Shown piece after piece: positions 18,073 to 26,157 of a stretch of DNA of 47,175 nucleotides. Source of the stretch: a virus. Lineage: Duplodnaviria; Caudoviricetes. The position numbers and the translations under genes were made by a program. The DNA lies in IMG/VR virus record IMGVR_UViG_3300038379_000329, positions 1-47,175 of that record; one strand, given 5' to 3'. The notes beneath the pieces were generated by a model. It was not told the origin of the DNA, searched no databases, and saw nothing but the letters and a program-made list of their open reading frames with translations. The number at the start of each line of letters is the position of its first letter. Within the stretch, counting starts at the first letter, position 1.

Positions 18073-18347
18073 CGGGGGTCGGGGAAGCGCAGCAGCTTCC
18101 CCATCTCCTCGCGCAGCGGGCCGTCCTTCACGCGCGCGACGCCCGGCGACGTGTAGCCGAGGCACATCACGGGGTGGTAGCAGTGGCCCCACCCGCAGGT
18201 CGCGCACAGGTCATCACGCCTGCCCTTGAAGCTCTCGCAGGGCTCGTCGCGCTCGCGCGGCTTGCGCGCCGGCCGCGCGGGCTCGGCCGCGTGCGCGCGC
18301 TCGAAGTAGTCCTGCATGTCCGGGTCGGTCGCCATGTCGGTCGCCAT
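18069..18347 (-). CDS. Small Zn-finger protein
   Basis: PCESF...LCATCGWGHCYH; GGAGG SD. Confidence 0.6.
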   Translation of the reverse strand: MATDMATDPDMQDYFERAHAAEPARPARKPRERDEPCESFKGRRDDLCATCGWGHCYHPVMCLGYTSPGVARVKDGPLREEMGKLLRFPDPR

Positions 18348-18550
18348 CACGGCCTCCGGGCGACGCGGAAGCGGTCCGGGGCGAGGCGGAAGGCGTTCTG
18401 AGAGATGACCCCGGGCTCGCGCGTGTCGAGCCACCACACGCGCAGGACGAGCCCGGCTCGCTCCTCGACGCGGAACTGCCGCGAGGCGCGAGCACCGCCG
18501 CCCACGTCCTCCCACACCTCGCCCACCTTCGGCTCATCGAACGTGCTCAT
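18347..18550 (-). CDS. Small SH3-like hypothetical protein
   Basis: PKVGEVWED...FRV; coupled overlaps. Confidence 0.6.
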   Translation of the reverse strand: MSTFDEPKVGEVWEDVGGGARASRQFRVEERAGLVLRVWWLDTREPGVISQNAFRLAPDRFRVARRP

Positions 18551-18993
18551 GCCATCGTCTCCGGCTCGTCGTTGTCCCACCCTTTCCACGGGGGGAGCGC
18601 CACCGTCTTGCCCGCGAGCGCGTGCCCGCAGTCACCGAGGAACTGAATCTGTCCGTCCCTGATGAACGAGTGGCAGCGCGGCCTCACCGGAACCTCGGTC
18701 GTCCGGCACGGCCCGCCGTGCCCGAGTTCGCGCAAGCAGCCGGGCACGGCGCCCGGGCTGGCGCCGCACGAGTCCGCGAAGGCGACGGGCTTGACCTTCA
18801 TGTCCGCATCGCCGTGGACGAGCAGCGAGGGCTCGAACGTGGGACGGGTCATCGAGCCGTTCCACTTCCACGCGCGCTGCGGGTGCCGCACGTCCACCGG
18901 GTGCGGGCCGGCGCAGCCAGGGCACCAGAGCAGGTAGCCCTCCCACTTCCCGTCCTCGGACGTGTAGCGGGAGAGCTTGACGGGCTCGCTCAC
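18547..18993 (-). CDS. DUF6527-like protein
   Basis: WCPGC..H.V..WKWNG...PTFEPSLLV...CHSFIRDGQIQFLGDCGHALAG.TV.L. Confidence 0.7.
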   Translation of the reverse strand: MSEPVKLSRYTSEDGKWEGYLLWCPGCAGPHPVDVRHPQRAWKWNGSMTRPTFEPSLLVHGDADMKVKPVAFADSCGASPGAVPGCLRELGHGGPCRTTEVPVRPRCHSFIRDGQIQFLGDCGHALAGKTVALPPWKGWDNDEPETMA

Positions 18994-20168
18994 TTGTGGC
19001 CGCCCCCGACCAGCGCCTCGCCCATGCCGTCGCTCGCCGGCCCGAGCACCAGGTCCGCGAAGCGGTCGCCGTAGCGGGACGCCTTGAGGCACCGCACGGC
19101 CTCGGAGATGACCACGCGAATCTCAGCGTCGGCCGCGTCGGCTGCTCTCATCGAAGCGATGTGCCGCCAACCCCACACCGGGGCCGTGAAGCACATCTGC
19201 GTCTCCAGTGCGTTGCCGAGGAACCCACGTGCGGCGCCCCGCGCCTGCTTGCGTGCGTGCTTCTTTCGATAGGGCGTCTCCTTGGGGAGCTTCGCCGCGA
19301 GCCACTCCTGCAACTCGTCGCAGATGGCGCGGTAGGTCTCCTGGGCCGCATGCTGCGCCCCGCGGAGCACGTCTGCGAACACCGGGACGTGCGGGTGCTC
19401 CTCGATGAACTTGTGGATCAGCGGGTGCCAGTGCCACGCGCTCTCGCCCTCTTCGCAGTAGCGAGTCGAGCGCTGCGACATCGCGAAGCGATGTCTGACT
19501 TGTTCGTGGCTCATTCCACGCGAGCCCACCAAGTAGAGCGTGAGCCACTTCTCGCTGTCGGTCTCGGGCTCCGCGAAGGCGAGCGGGCTGTGCAGGAGCC
19601 ACACGGGCCAGGTGTCGCCCACGTCGTGCGCCTCGACCAGCAGCGGCACCAGCGCCGTCCAGAGCGTGCGCAGGCGGTAGCCGATGCAGCGCCAGAGCGT
19701 GGGCGTCTCGCCGTGCGCCGGGAAGCCGTGCTCGGTGCGCAGGCGCTCGCTCCACTCCTCCCACTCGACCACGGCGCGCACGTTCATCGTGACGCGGATG
19801 TTCACCTCGTCGCCCACGGGGCCGGTCACGTCGAGCTTCCAGCGGAGCCAGCAGCCCGGGCGGTTCGTGAACGCGAGCACGATGTCCTCGCGCGCGCCCG
19901 GCGGGACGTGCTGGAACTCGACCGTGCGGACGTAGTGCTCCAGCACCGAGTGATGCCCCGTCTCCATCACGTTCTTGAGCGTGTCCTTCGTGCCGCGCCC
20001 CTTCGGCTGGCCCTCGTCGTCCAGGCCCATCGAGTCGTAGCAGAGCCGGGTGCAGACCTCGATGAGTTGCTCCCCGCTCGTGCCCTTCATCTGCTCGCTG
20101 TGCGGCTTGCCGACCTGCGGCGGGACCATGATTTCCGGCCCGCCGTCCCACACCAGGAACGCCTTCAT
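18990..20168 (-). CDS. thyX: Flavin-dependent thymidylate synthase with a large internal insertion
   Basis: RLCYDS, GHHSVLEH, SRGMSHEQVRHR..SQRSTRY, AR.AAR.FL, W.H...R....A.AEIR; GGAGG SD before ATG 20168. Confidence 0.88.
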   Translation of the reverse strand: MKAFLVWDGGPEIMVPPQVGKPHSEQMKGTSGEQLIEVCTRLCYDSMGLDDEGQPKGRGTKDTLKNVMETGHHSVLEHYVRTVEFQHVPPGAREDIVLAFTNRPGCWLRWKLDVTGPVGDEVNIRVTMNVRAVVEWEEWSERLRTEHGFPAHGETPTLWRCIGYRLRTLWTALVPLLVEAHDVGDTWPVWLLHSPLAFAEPETDSEKWLTLYLVGSRGMSHEQVRHRFAMSQRSTRYCEEGESAWHWHPLIHKFIEEHPHVPVFADVLRGAQHAAQETYRAICDELQEWLAAKLPKETPYRKKHARKQARGAARGFLGNALETQMCFTAPVWGWRHIASMRAADAADAEIRVVISEAVRCLKASRYGDRFADLVLGPASDGMGEALVGGGHK

Positions 20169-20272
20169 GCTGTGCCTCCCAAACGCTGCGGCGAGCCCGC
20201 CGTTGGGCTCGCCGCGGTCGGATCGAGTCTCGCACGCCACGCAAGCGGCGCGTGGCTTATCTCATCCCGGCG

Positions 20273-20572
20273 CTACGCCTCGCCGCGCAGGTACTTGCGC
20301 ACGTCGGCCTTGATCTTCGCCTTGCGGCGCTGCTCGGCCTTCGTCGGCGGCTTCTTGGGCTTCTTCGGCCGCGACGTGAGCATGAACGTCACGTCGAACG
20401 TGAGCGCCACCTCGACCACGCAGCCGCAGGAGCACTCCACCTCGTCGGTGTTCTCCGTGTCATCGAACTCGACTTCGTAGACGATGAAGCTCTGCTCGCA
20501 CTCGGGGCACGCGAGCTTCACGTCCACGACCGGCGGACCGGAACGGGTTAGGTCGATGATGGGGTTCATCAC
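20273..20572 (-). CDS. Zn-ribbon protein with basic tail
   Basis: CPEC...ECSCG. Confidence 0.65.
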   Translation of the reverse strand: MMNPIIDLTRSGPPVVDVKLACPECEQSFIVYEVEFDDTENTDEVECSCGCVVEVALTFDVTFMLTSRPKKPKKPPTKAEQRRKAKIKADVRKYLRGEA

Positions 20573-21087
20573 GCCGCCTTCCCGGCCGCGCTCTCGCGCG
20601 TGATGACCACGCGGACCACGAGCGGTGCCTCGACCTCGTGGCCGTTCAGGTCCACGACCACCACGGCGGCGTTCGTGTCCTCGGCCGCGACCAGCCCGAG
20701 GAGGTGCGCCAGGGCGCGCGCGTCCACGGTCGCCTCCACCTCATCGATGACCCGCTGCTTGCGCTGGACGTGGATGCCCAGGGCTGAGAGCTTCTGGTCC
20801 GCGATGTTCACCGCCACCGACTTCACGTCCGACGCCATCTCGTCCTCCTCGTCCTCGCGCTCCTCGAACTTGACGCCGGCCGCGCGGAGCGCGCGCTTGA
20901 TGTCGGCCAGCGTGTTCTTCCAGGCCCGCCAATCGGCGGCCCGTGATGATGGGTTGTCCTCGGTGTACACCGTGAGGGTCTGCCCACCTGGGAGCCCCCA
21001 CAAGTCGCCGTGAGTCACACGGCGGATCTTCTTGCCGAAGCGCGCGAGTAGCTCACGCGCTGCGACCTCCTCACTCGTCGCGCCCAT
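20569..21087 (-). CDS. Protein with an N-terminal HicA-like domain
   Basis: RRVTHGDLWGLPGGQTLTV...PSS...RAWKNTLADIKRA resembles the phage HicA-like pattern. Confidence 0.5.
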   Translation of the reverse strand: MGATSEEVAARELLARFGKKIRRVTHGDLWGLPGGQTLTVYTEDNPSSRAADWRAWKNTLADIKRALRAAGVKFEEREDEEDEMASDVKSVAVNIADQKLSALGIHVQRKQRVIDEVEATVDARALAHLLGLVAAEDTNAAVVVVDLNGHEVEAPLVVRVVITRESAAGKAA

Positions 21088-21373
21088 GCAGCCTCCACGA
21101 GTACGATGTGGCGTGGCGCCCGTCCGGCGTCGTGCCGGCCCAATGCGCCTCCACCGGGTTCTCCGCGGCCGTGGCGAGCGCCATGCGCGCCTGCTCGATG
21201 AGCCGGCTCCAGACCACTACGGCGTCCAGGGAAGCGTGGTCGCCACCGTCGAGCGCGACGATGACCTGGCCGAGCATCACGTCCGCGGCGACCAGCGCCT
21301 CCTGCGCCTTCGCCAGAGCGATGACCACGGGCTCGAAACGCGCGTGGTCCTCCGTTGTCGGTGACCGCCTCAT
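21071..21373 (-). CDS. Hypothetical helical protein
   Basis: AAGGAG SD; ATGA coupling. Confidence 0.55.
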   Translation of the reverse strand: MRRSPTTEDHARFEPVVIALAKAQEALVAADVMLGQVIVALDGGDHASLDAVVVWSRLIEQARMALATAAENPVEAHWAGTTPDGRHATSYSWRLHGRDE

Positions 21374-21546
21374 GACGCCTTCTCCTTCCGCTCACGCTCG
21401 CGCTTCACCACGCGGCGGATGCGGTTCTGGCCGTAGTCGTCCGCGCGGAGCCCCAGGCGCTCCGCGATGAGCCTGTTCGAGAGGCCCTGGCGGTGGAGCG
21501 CCATGATGCGCTCCACCTGGGCCGGGGTGAGTTGCTCCCGGGGCAT
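21370..21546 (-). CDS. 58-aa helix-turn-helix protein (absent from ORF track)
   Basis: MPREQLTPAQVERIMALHRQGLSNRLIAERLGLRADDYGQNRIRRVVKRERERKEKAS; Hin/HTH_38-like pattern. Confidence 0.7.
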   Translation of the reverse strand: MPREQLTPAQVERIMALHRQGLSNRLIAERLGLRADDYGQNRIRRVVKRERERKEKAS

Positions 21547-21550
21547 CGCT

Positions 21551-22045
21551 CTACCCCTGGAGCCTGGCCGCCGCCTCGCGCGCGGCGCCGAGCGTCTTGA
21601 ACGTGGTGGCCCGCTCGGTGAGCGAGGAGACGGCGTTCTGGCCGGACCACACCTCCACGAAGGTGAAGATGCTCTGGCCGAGCCCGTCCTGGCCGTGCTG
21701 GATCGCGATGGGGTTGCCGCGCGCCGTGCGCTTGTCGGTCACCAGGAGCCCGCCCACCTCCGCGATGTGGGCGAAGCCCCCGGCGACGAACGTGGACGTG
21801 AGCAGCAGCGAGTCGCCCGTCTTGGTGCCCTCACCGCCGAGCGTCGTGCCCTCCTTGTACTCGCGCCCCGTGCGCTTGTTCGACAGTTCGTACGCCACCT
21901 GGTTCCCGTCCGGGCCGGTGAGCGGGAGCCCGAGTTCCTTCACGAGCGCGGGCAGAAGCTCCGCGACGTTCGCGTCGTCGGGAAGCTCGACATCGAACTC
22001 CTGATTCGTGTCGGCGCGCACGAGAGTCACTGACACCTGAGCCAC
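21551..22045 (-). CDS. Ubiquitin-like (EsaB/YukD-type beta-grasp) domain ending in VAGG, fused to a 74-aa C-terminal domain
   Basis: aa 1-90: DVELPDDANVAELLPALVKELGLP..GPDG..VAYEL..KRTGR....TTL..EG.KTGDSLLL...VAGG. Confidence 0.8.
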   Translation of the reverse strand: MAQVSVTLVRADTNQEFDVELPDDANVAELLPALVKELGLPLTGPDGNQVAYELSNKRTGREYKEGTTLGGEGTKTGDSLLLTSTFVAGGFAHIAEVGGLLVTDKRTARGNPIAIQHGQDGLGQSIFTFVEVWSGQNAVSSLTERATTFKTLGAAREAAARLQG

Positions 22046-22090
22046 GTTGTCCTCCAGTTCGTCGGGGGTTGTTGATGTCCGACGAACCGG

Positions 22091-22119
22091 AGCATGGCAT
22101 ACCCAGGTCGCCCCGTCAA
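22091..22119 (-). promoter_or_regulatory. Sigma70-type promoter, conserved cassette copy 3 (drives the Ubl gene)
   Basis: TTGACG, 17 bp, CATGCT; hairpin TTCGTCGG/CCGACGAA; GGAGGACAAC-GTG. Confidence 0.78.
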
Positions 22120-22129
22120 GCCCCCTGTT

Positions 22130-22345
22130 CTAGTCCGCTCGGATCGGGGCGCCGTCCTCGTCGTAGCTCACGATGCGGCCGGGCGGCTTCTGCCTCCGAT
22201 GCCGCTCCTGGAACTTGCAGGTCGGGACGTGGATGCTGCGCCCGCAGTAGTCGCACTTGCCATCGGCGCGCAGCTTCGCGCGGCGGTCAAGCTCCGCGCG
22301 AAGCTCTTCCTCCTCGTACTCGTCCAGGTCGCGCGGGTAGCCCAT
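22130..22345 (-). CDS. Small Zn-finger protein
   Basis: CDYCG...CK...H; TGATG coupling. Confidence 0.65.
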   Translation of the reverse strand: MGYPRDLDEYEEEELRAELDRRAKLRADGKCDYCGRSIHVPTCKFQERHRRQKPPGRIVSYDEDGAPIRAD

Positions 22346-22668
22346 CAGTCCGGCTCCCGCGGGTCGTAGTCGTCGTACGGCTCGTCGTGGTGGACGATGG
22401 TGATGGTGAGCCCTTCGGTGCTCCGGCCCTTGAGCATCTCGCGCGCCTCGACCTCGACGCGCCGCGGGCGGTCGCGCTCCTCGCGCGGCCCGAGGAGCTT
22501 CGCGAGCGCGTCGAGGCACGAGTCCACGGTCTGCGGGCTCATCTCCGCCACCTGCGCCATGCCCTCGCGGTAGGCGAGCAGGCACGAGCGGCAGCGGCCC
22601 ACGCCGTCCGCGCTGGTGACGAACATGATGCCCGCACAGCCGGGCGTCTCGCAGTCGAGGTTGCTCAT
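22345..22668 (-). CDS. Hypothetical protein with N-terminal Zn ribbon
   Basis: GGAGGAG SD; CETPGC..CRSC. Confidence 0.65.
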   Translation of the reverse strand: MSNLDCETPGCAGIMFVTSADGVGRCRSCLLAYREGMAQVAEMSPQTVDSCLDALAKLLGPREERDRPRRVEVEAREMLKGRSTEGLTITIVHHDEPYDDYDPREPD

Positions 22669-22958
22669 CGACTCTCCTCCGCTGCCAGGGCCGCAGCCCC
22701 AGCGAACCCGTCCACGAACTCGCGAATCTGCGCCTCGCTGTAGCCCCGCTTCTTCCTGGTCTGGAACCACCCGAAGCTCGTGAAGAACACCGCGGGGTCC
22801 AGGAAGCCCGCGAAGCTCGGCTCGGCCGCCGCCTTCTTGCGAAGCTCCAGGAAGGTCAGCGCGCCCTGGTAGTAGATGGAAAGCTCCGCGGCCGTCTTGG
22901 CGTGCGTGACGCACTTGCCCTTGGGGCCGCACTTGTCGCATCCCGGGCGGTTACCCAT
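22665..22958 (-). CDS. Hypothetical protein
   Basis: CDKC...C..H; coupled overlaps. Confidence 0.6.
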   Translation of the reverse strand: MGNRPGCDKCGPKGKCVTHAKTAAELSIYYQGALTFLELRKKAAAEPSFAGFLDPAVFFTSFGWFQTRKKRGYSEAQIREFVDGFAGAAALAAEESR

Positions 22959-23286
22959 TGGAACGAGCCCGCAGCGCCGCGAGCGCCTTCGCGTGACCAG
23001 CGCGCGCCTGCTCCTCCGTGGCGTACCGCACGGACGAGTTCCCCGGGAAGATCATCGTCTCGAAGATCATGGGCGGCACGTCCGCGCCGAGCATGTAGCC
23101 GATGCCGTGGTCCAGGCCGAGCCAGATGGTGGACACCGCCACCTCGCCCACCTTGTCCTGTGCGAGCACGCGGTAGCTGTCGTCGTTGATGCGCTCGCGC
23201 CAGAACGCGGTCGTGCAGGGCTTGCCCTCACGGTCGTAGATCATGGCACGGTCGCCCACCTTCACGATGTCGTCGTCGCTACCCAT
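22951..23286 (-). CDS. Conserved-looking phage hypothetical protein
   Basis: VSTIWLGLDH...P.IFETMIF...RYATEEQARAGH, a motif seen in phage small proteins. Confidence 0.7.
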   Translation of the reverse strand: MGSDDDIVKVGDRAMIYDREGKPCTTAFWRERINDDSYRVLAQDKVGEVAVSTIWLGLDHGIGYMLGADVPPMIFETMIFPGNSSVRYATEEQARAGHAKALAALRARSNG

Positions 23287-23656
23287 CGGTCACCTCCGAC
23301 TGGCCGAGCGCGGCCGTCGTCTCGCTGGGGCCCGCGCAGGACGTGCAGACGTGCTGCACCTTCTTCCGCTGGCCGGTCATGCGGTCCTTGACCCACGCGC
23401 GCGTCGTGGCCGTCACGCCGCACACGTAGCAGCGCGGCGGAGGTGCGGGCTCGCCCTCCACGAAGGGCACGAAGCGCGGCACGCCAGGGCGCGCCTCCTC
23501 GTGCCACTCCGCGAGCGGGCGCGCCCACAACTGGCCCGCCTCGTCGCCGGCGCGCTGGTAGACGACGAGTTCCTCGCGCGTCTCGCTGTGCAGGGCCACG
23601 CCATGCACGAGGTAGATGCGACCTTCCTTCCAGTGTCTCCAGCGGGTGTTCTTCAC
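23279..23656 (-). CDS. DUF1653-family protein plus C-terminal Zn finger
   Basis: WRHWKEG..Y.V.GVALHSETREELVVYQ....LWARPL..W.E....PRF. Confidence 0.8.
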   Translation of the reverse strand: MKNTRWRHWKEGRIYLVHGVALHSETREELVVYQRAGDEAGQLWARPLAEWHEEARPGVPRFVPFVEGEPAPPPRCYVCGVTATTRAWVKDRMTGQRKKVQHVCTSCAGPSETTAALGQSEVTDG

Positions 23657-23892
23657 TTGGCCCCCTTGTTGGCGATGCGCTCCAGGCGCTTCGCGTCCGC
23701 CTCGTTCGCCGCGCCCTTACGGATGCGCGCCGCCACCTCCTGCAAGAACTCGCGGTCGTCGGGGTAGCTGTAGTCCACCTGCTTGTGGATCGGCCCGCGG
23801 CAAACCGCGCAGACCATCACCTCGCCGGCCGCGAGCGGCTTCCCGCAGCCGTTGCAGACCAGCGCCACCTCTCTCGCGCTCTCCCTACTCAT
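23653..23892 (-). CDS. Small Zn-ribbon protein
   Basis: CNGCG...CAVC. Confidence 0.6.
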   Translation of the reverse strand: MSRESAREVALVCNGCGKPLAAGEVMVCAVCRGPIHKQVDYSYPDDREFLQEVAARIRKGAANEADAKRLERIANKGAK

Positions 23893-24205
23893 CGTCGTCC
23901 TCCTTGAGCTTCTTCCACTCCTCGCCGCTCTCGTCGCCGTCCTCGACCTTGTGGCCGAACAGCATCGTCGTGCGCGTCTCGCTGGACGACGTGAAGGGCT
24001 TCCCGCACCACGGGCAGTAGCGGAAGCCGAGCACCGGCTTCGTCGTGCCGTCCGGCGCCTGCGCGTCGGGCAGGTCGAAGCGCATGAAGTCCGCGAGGAG
24101 CGTGTCCGGCACGCCGCACACCTCCTCGGGGAGCACCGGCCCCAGGAACACGGTCACCTTCCTGCGCATGTCGCAGCAGGTCGTCGGCTCGTCGCTCATC
24201 GTCAC
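23885..24205 (-). CDS. Small Zn-binding protein
   Basis: CCDM...FRYCPWCGK. Confidence 0.65.
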   Translation of the reverse strand: MTMSDEPTTCCDMRRKVTVFLGPVLPEEVCGVPDTLLADFMRFDLPDAQAPDGTTKPVLGFRYCPWCGKPFTSSSETRTTMLFGHKVEDGDESGEEWKKLKEDDDE

Positions 24206-24417
24206 TCCCCCCGGTTGCGCATGTCCTGCGCCATCTCGTTCTCGGCTCCCTGCTCACCCTGCGCATACGCCTGCGTGAAGATGAGCTTCGCGACGCCGGG
24301 CTGGAACACCTCGACGGCGCAGATGGTCTGCCACACCTCGGGCGCTTGGCGCGCCGCGAACTTCTTCCACTCCTCGAAGTCGCGCGCGGTGCGCCGAGCA
24401 GCGCGGCTCGTGCTCAT
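24202..24417 (-). CDS. Hypothetical protein
   Basis: GAGG SD; GTGATG coupling. Confidence 0.55.
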   Translation of the reverse strand: MSTSRAARRTARDFEEWKKFAARQAPEVWQTICAVEVFQPGVAKLIFTQAYAQGEQGAENEMAQDMRNRGE

Positions 24418-25247
24418 CACTTCCTCGCCTTCTTTACGCGCGCCTCGACGCGCTTGCGGTTGCCGTAGAACCCGTCTCCCATCGCGACCTCGCGGCAGTC
24501 CACGGGCACGAGCGCCGAGTGGCCGAGCGCGTCGAGCGCTTCGTACACGGTGCGAGCGTGCGGCCCGAGGAGCGCGAGCGGGAGGTTCGCGACCCACGCC
24601 ACCTGCATGATGGTCATGACGAAGCGGCCCTTCTTGTCGTGCTTGGGCTGGAGCGGCCCACCCCTCATCGAGATGAGCATGGCGAGGTAGTGGGCGGCCT
24701 CGCGCGGTAGCGCCAGCCGGTGGAGCTTCTGCACGCGCGACTGGAAGTGGGGCGCTTGCTCGTCATCGCCAGGGTACGGGCGCTGGACGGCTGCGCGCAG
24801 TCCGTCGCCCGCCATGTCGTAGTAGCCTCGCGTGTCGCGGTCATCGTAGAGGTACGGCTTCACGTTCTCGAACACCCATCGCGTGGGGTCGAAGATCCTC
24901 GGGCCGTGAGGCGGCGGGTCGAAGTCGGGGCAGTCGCACCTCTGGCACTCGTTGATGAACCCGCGCGCGTGCTCGTCCTTGAGATGTCCGCACCCGCGGC
25001 ACTCGGCCACGTCGGTGAGGAGCGGGTCGAAGTCGTCGGGCTCGACTTCAACCCACCCGTGATGCGTGATGCCGCGCCCCGCGAACGGCGACTGCTTGGA
25101 GACGGGACCGCGCCACAAGCCGTAGCGCAGGGTCCCCTCGGTCACACCGGCGGCGAGGCACAGGCCGGCAATCTCGTGGCAGCGTCCCGGCCATTGCTCG
25201 ACCGGAACGCCGATGAGCTTCGCCACGTCGTGCGGGTCCAGCTTCAC
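24417..25247 (-). CDS. Papain/transglutaminase-like protein (Cys-His-Asp) with an inserted Zn finger
   Basis: GRC23HEIA, HH63GWVE and IFD120PT match the G.C...A / H.W.E / DPT signature; GGAGGT SD. Confidence 0.6.
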   Translation of the reverse strand: MKLDPHDVAKLIGVPVEQWPGRCHEIAGLCLAAGVTEGTLRYGLWRGPVSKQSPFAGRGITHHGWVEVEPDDFDPLLTDVAECRGCGHLKDEHARGFINECQRCDCPDFDPPPHGPRIFDPTRWVFENVKPYLYDDRDTRGYYDMAGDGLRAAVQRPYPGDDEQAPHFQSRVQKLHRLALPREAAHYLAMLISMRGGPLQPKHDKKGRFVMTIMQVAWVANLPLALLGPHARTVYEALDALGHSALVPVDCREVAMGDGFYGNRKRVEARVKKARK

Positions 25248-25265
25248 GTATCACCTCCGGCGCGG

Positions 25266-25294
25266 AGCATGACACGCTCCGGTCGCACCGTCAA
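25266..25294 (-). promoter_or_regulatory. Sigma70-type promoter, conserved cassette copy 4
   Basis: TTGACG-GTGCGACCGGAGCGTGT-CATGCT on the minus strand, then GGAGGTGATAC-GTG. Confidence 0.7.
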
Positions 25295-26157
25295 GCCCAG
25301 ATCAACTCCGCGAGCGCGAGCAGGCGCTCGAACTGCGCCATGGCCACCAGACCTGCGCCGCGCTGGACACGTACTGCGTCCCGACCGAGCGCCGCCAGGT
25401 CGCGCAAGGTCATCGTCCCGTGCATGGTCTGGAGCTTCCGCACCACGCTCCCCGCGGGGCCCTTGATGCCCAGGTCGTCCAGCTTCGCGTCCGGGTCGCA
25501 CCACGTCGGCTTGCGCTCCTCCAGCACGCACGGCGCGCAGAACAGCCCGCCGCATCCAGGGCCGCCGGGCTCCCCGAAGATCGGAGCGTAGAACACCCCC
25601 TTGCGTCCGCAGCCCCGAGAGCAGATATTCGGGTCCTCGGGAGTCGGCGCCGAGACGATCCGCCGGGCCCCACCAGGTACCTGGCGAGGCTCCTCCCAGG
25701 CGCCGGCGCGCTTCTTGACCAGCCGCTCCGCCATCTCGCACGCCTCGGTGTCCGGCGCGTCGATGTCCCGCAGGCCGTTCTCAGCGGCCTCGGTGCCGGT
25801 CTGGAAGTAGATGTCGCTCTCGTCCTCAGTGGGGATGTCCTCGGGGCGGATCGCGCCGAACGCCATCGCGAGGTTCACCGCCGCGTGGTGCCGATGCGCC
25901 GAGAGCCAGCCCCGACACGCCGTGGGCTGGCCCGTGCGGTTCGTCTGATGGCACCAGAACGTGGCAAGCTCGGGCACGCGCACGGTGGCCGGCGTGCCGT
26001 CCGCGTTCGGGCACGGCACCTCGTGGCCCGTGTCGTACAGGCGGAGCTTCTCGTACTCGTCGCGCGACCACACGCCGCTCGGGTGCGAGCGCAGGTAGGG
26101 GCACGACGAGCACGCGCGGCCCGTGACCTTGAGCGGCTTCATCCGGCGCTTGCTCAT
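25291..26157 (-). CDS. DUF6283-like protein with a C-terminal RNA polymerase alpha-CTD-like (HhH) domain
   Basis: CSSCPY...PSGVW...EYEKL..YD...F.CHQ...C.GW; C-terminal LDDLGI...TLRDLAAL.......GAG....QFERLL. Confidence 0.6.
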   Translation of the reverse strand: MSKRRMKPLKVTGRACSSCPYLRSHPSGVWSRDEYEKLRLYDTGHEVPCPNADGTPATVRVPELATFWCHQTNRTGQPTACRGWLSAHRHHAAVNLAMAFGAIRPEDIPTEDESDIYFQTGTEAAENGLRDIDAPDTEACEMAERLVKKRAGAWEEPRQVPGGARRIVSAPTPEDPNICSRGCGRKGVFYAPIFGEPGGPGCGGLFCAPCVLEERKPTWCDPDAKLDDLGIKGPAGSVVRKLQTMHGTMTLRDLAALGRDAVRVQRGAGLVAMAQFERLLALAELIWA

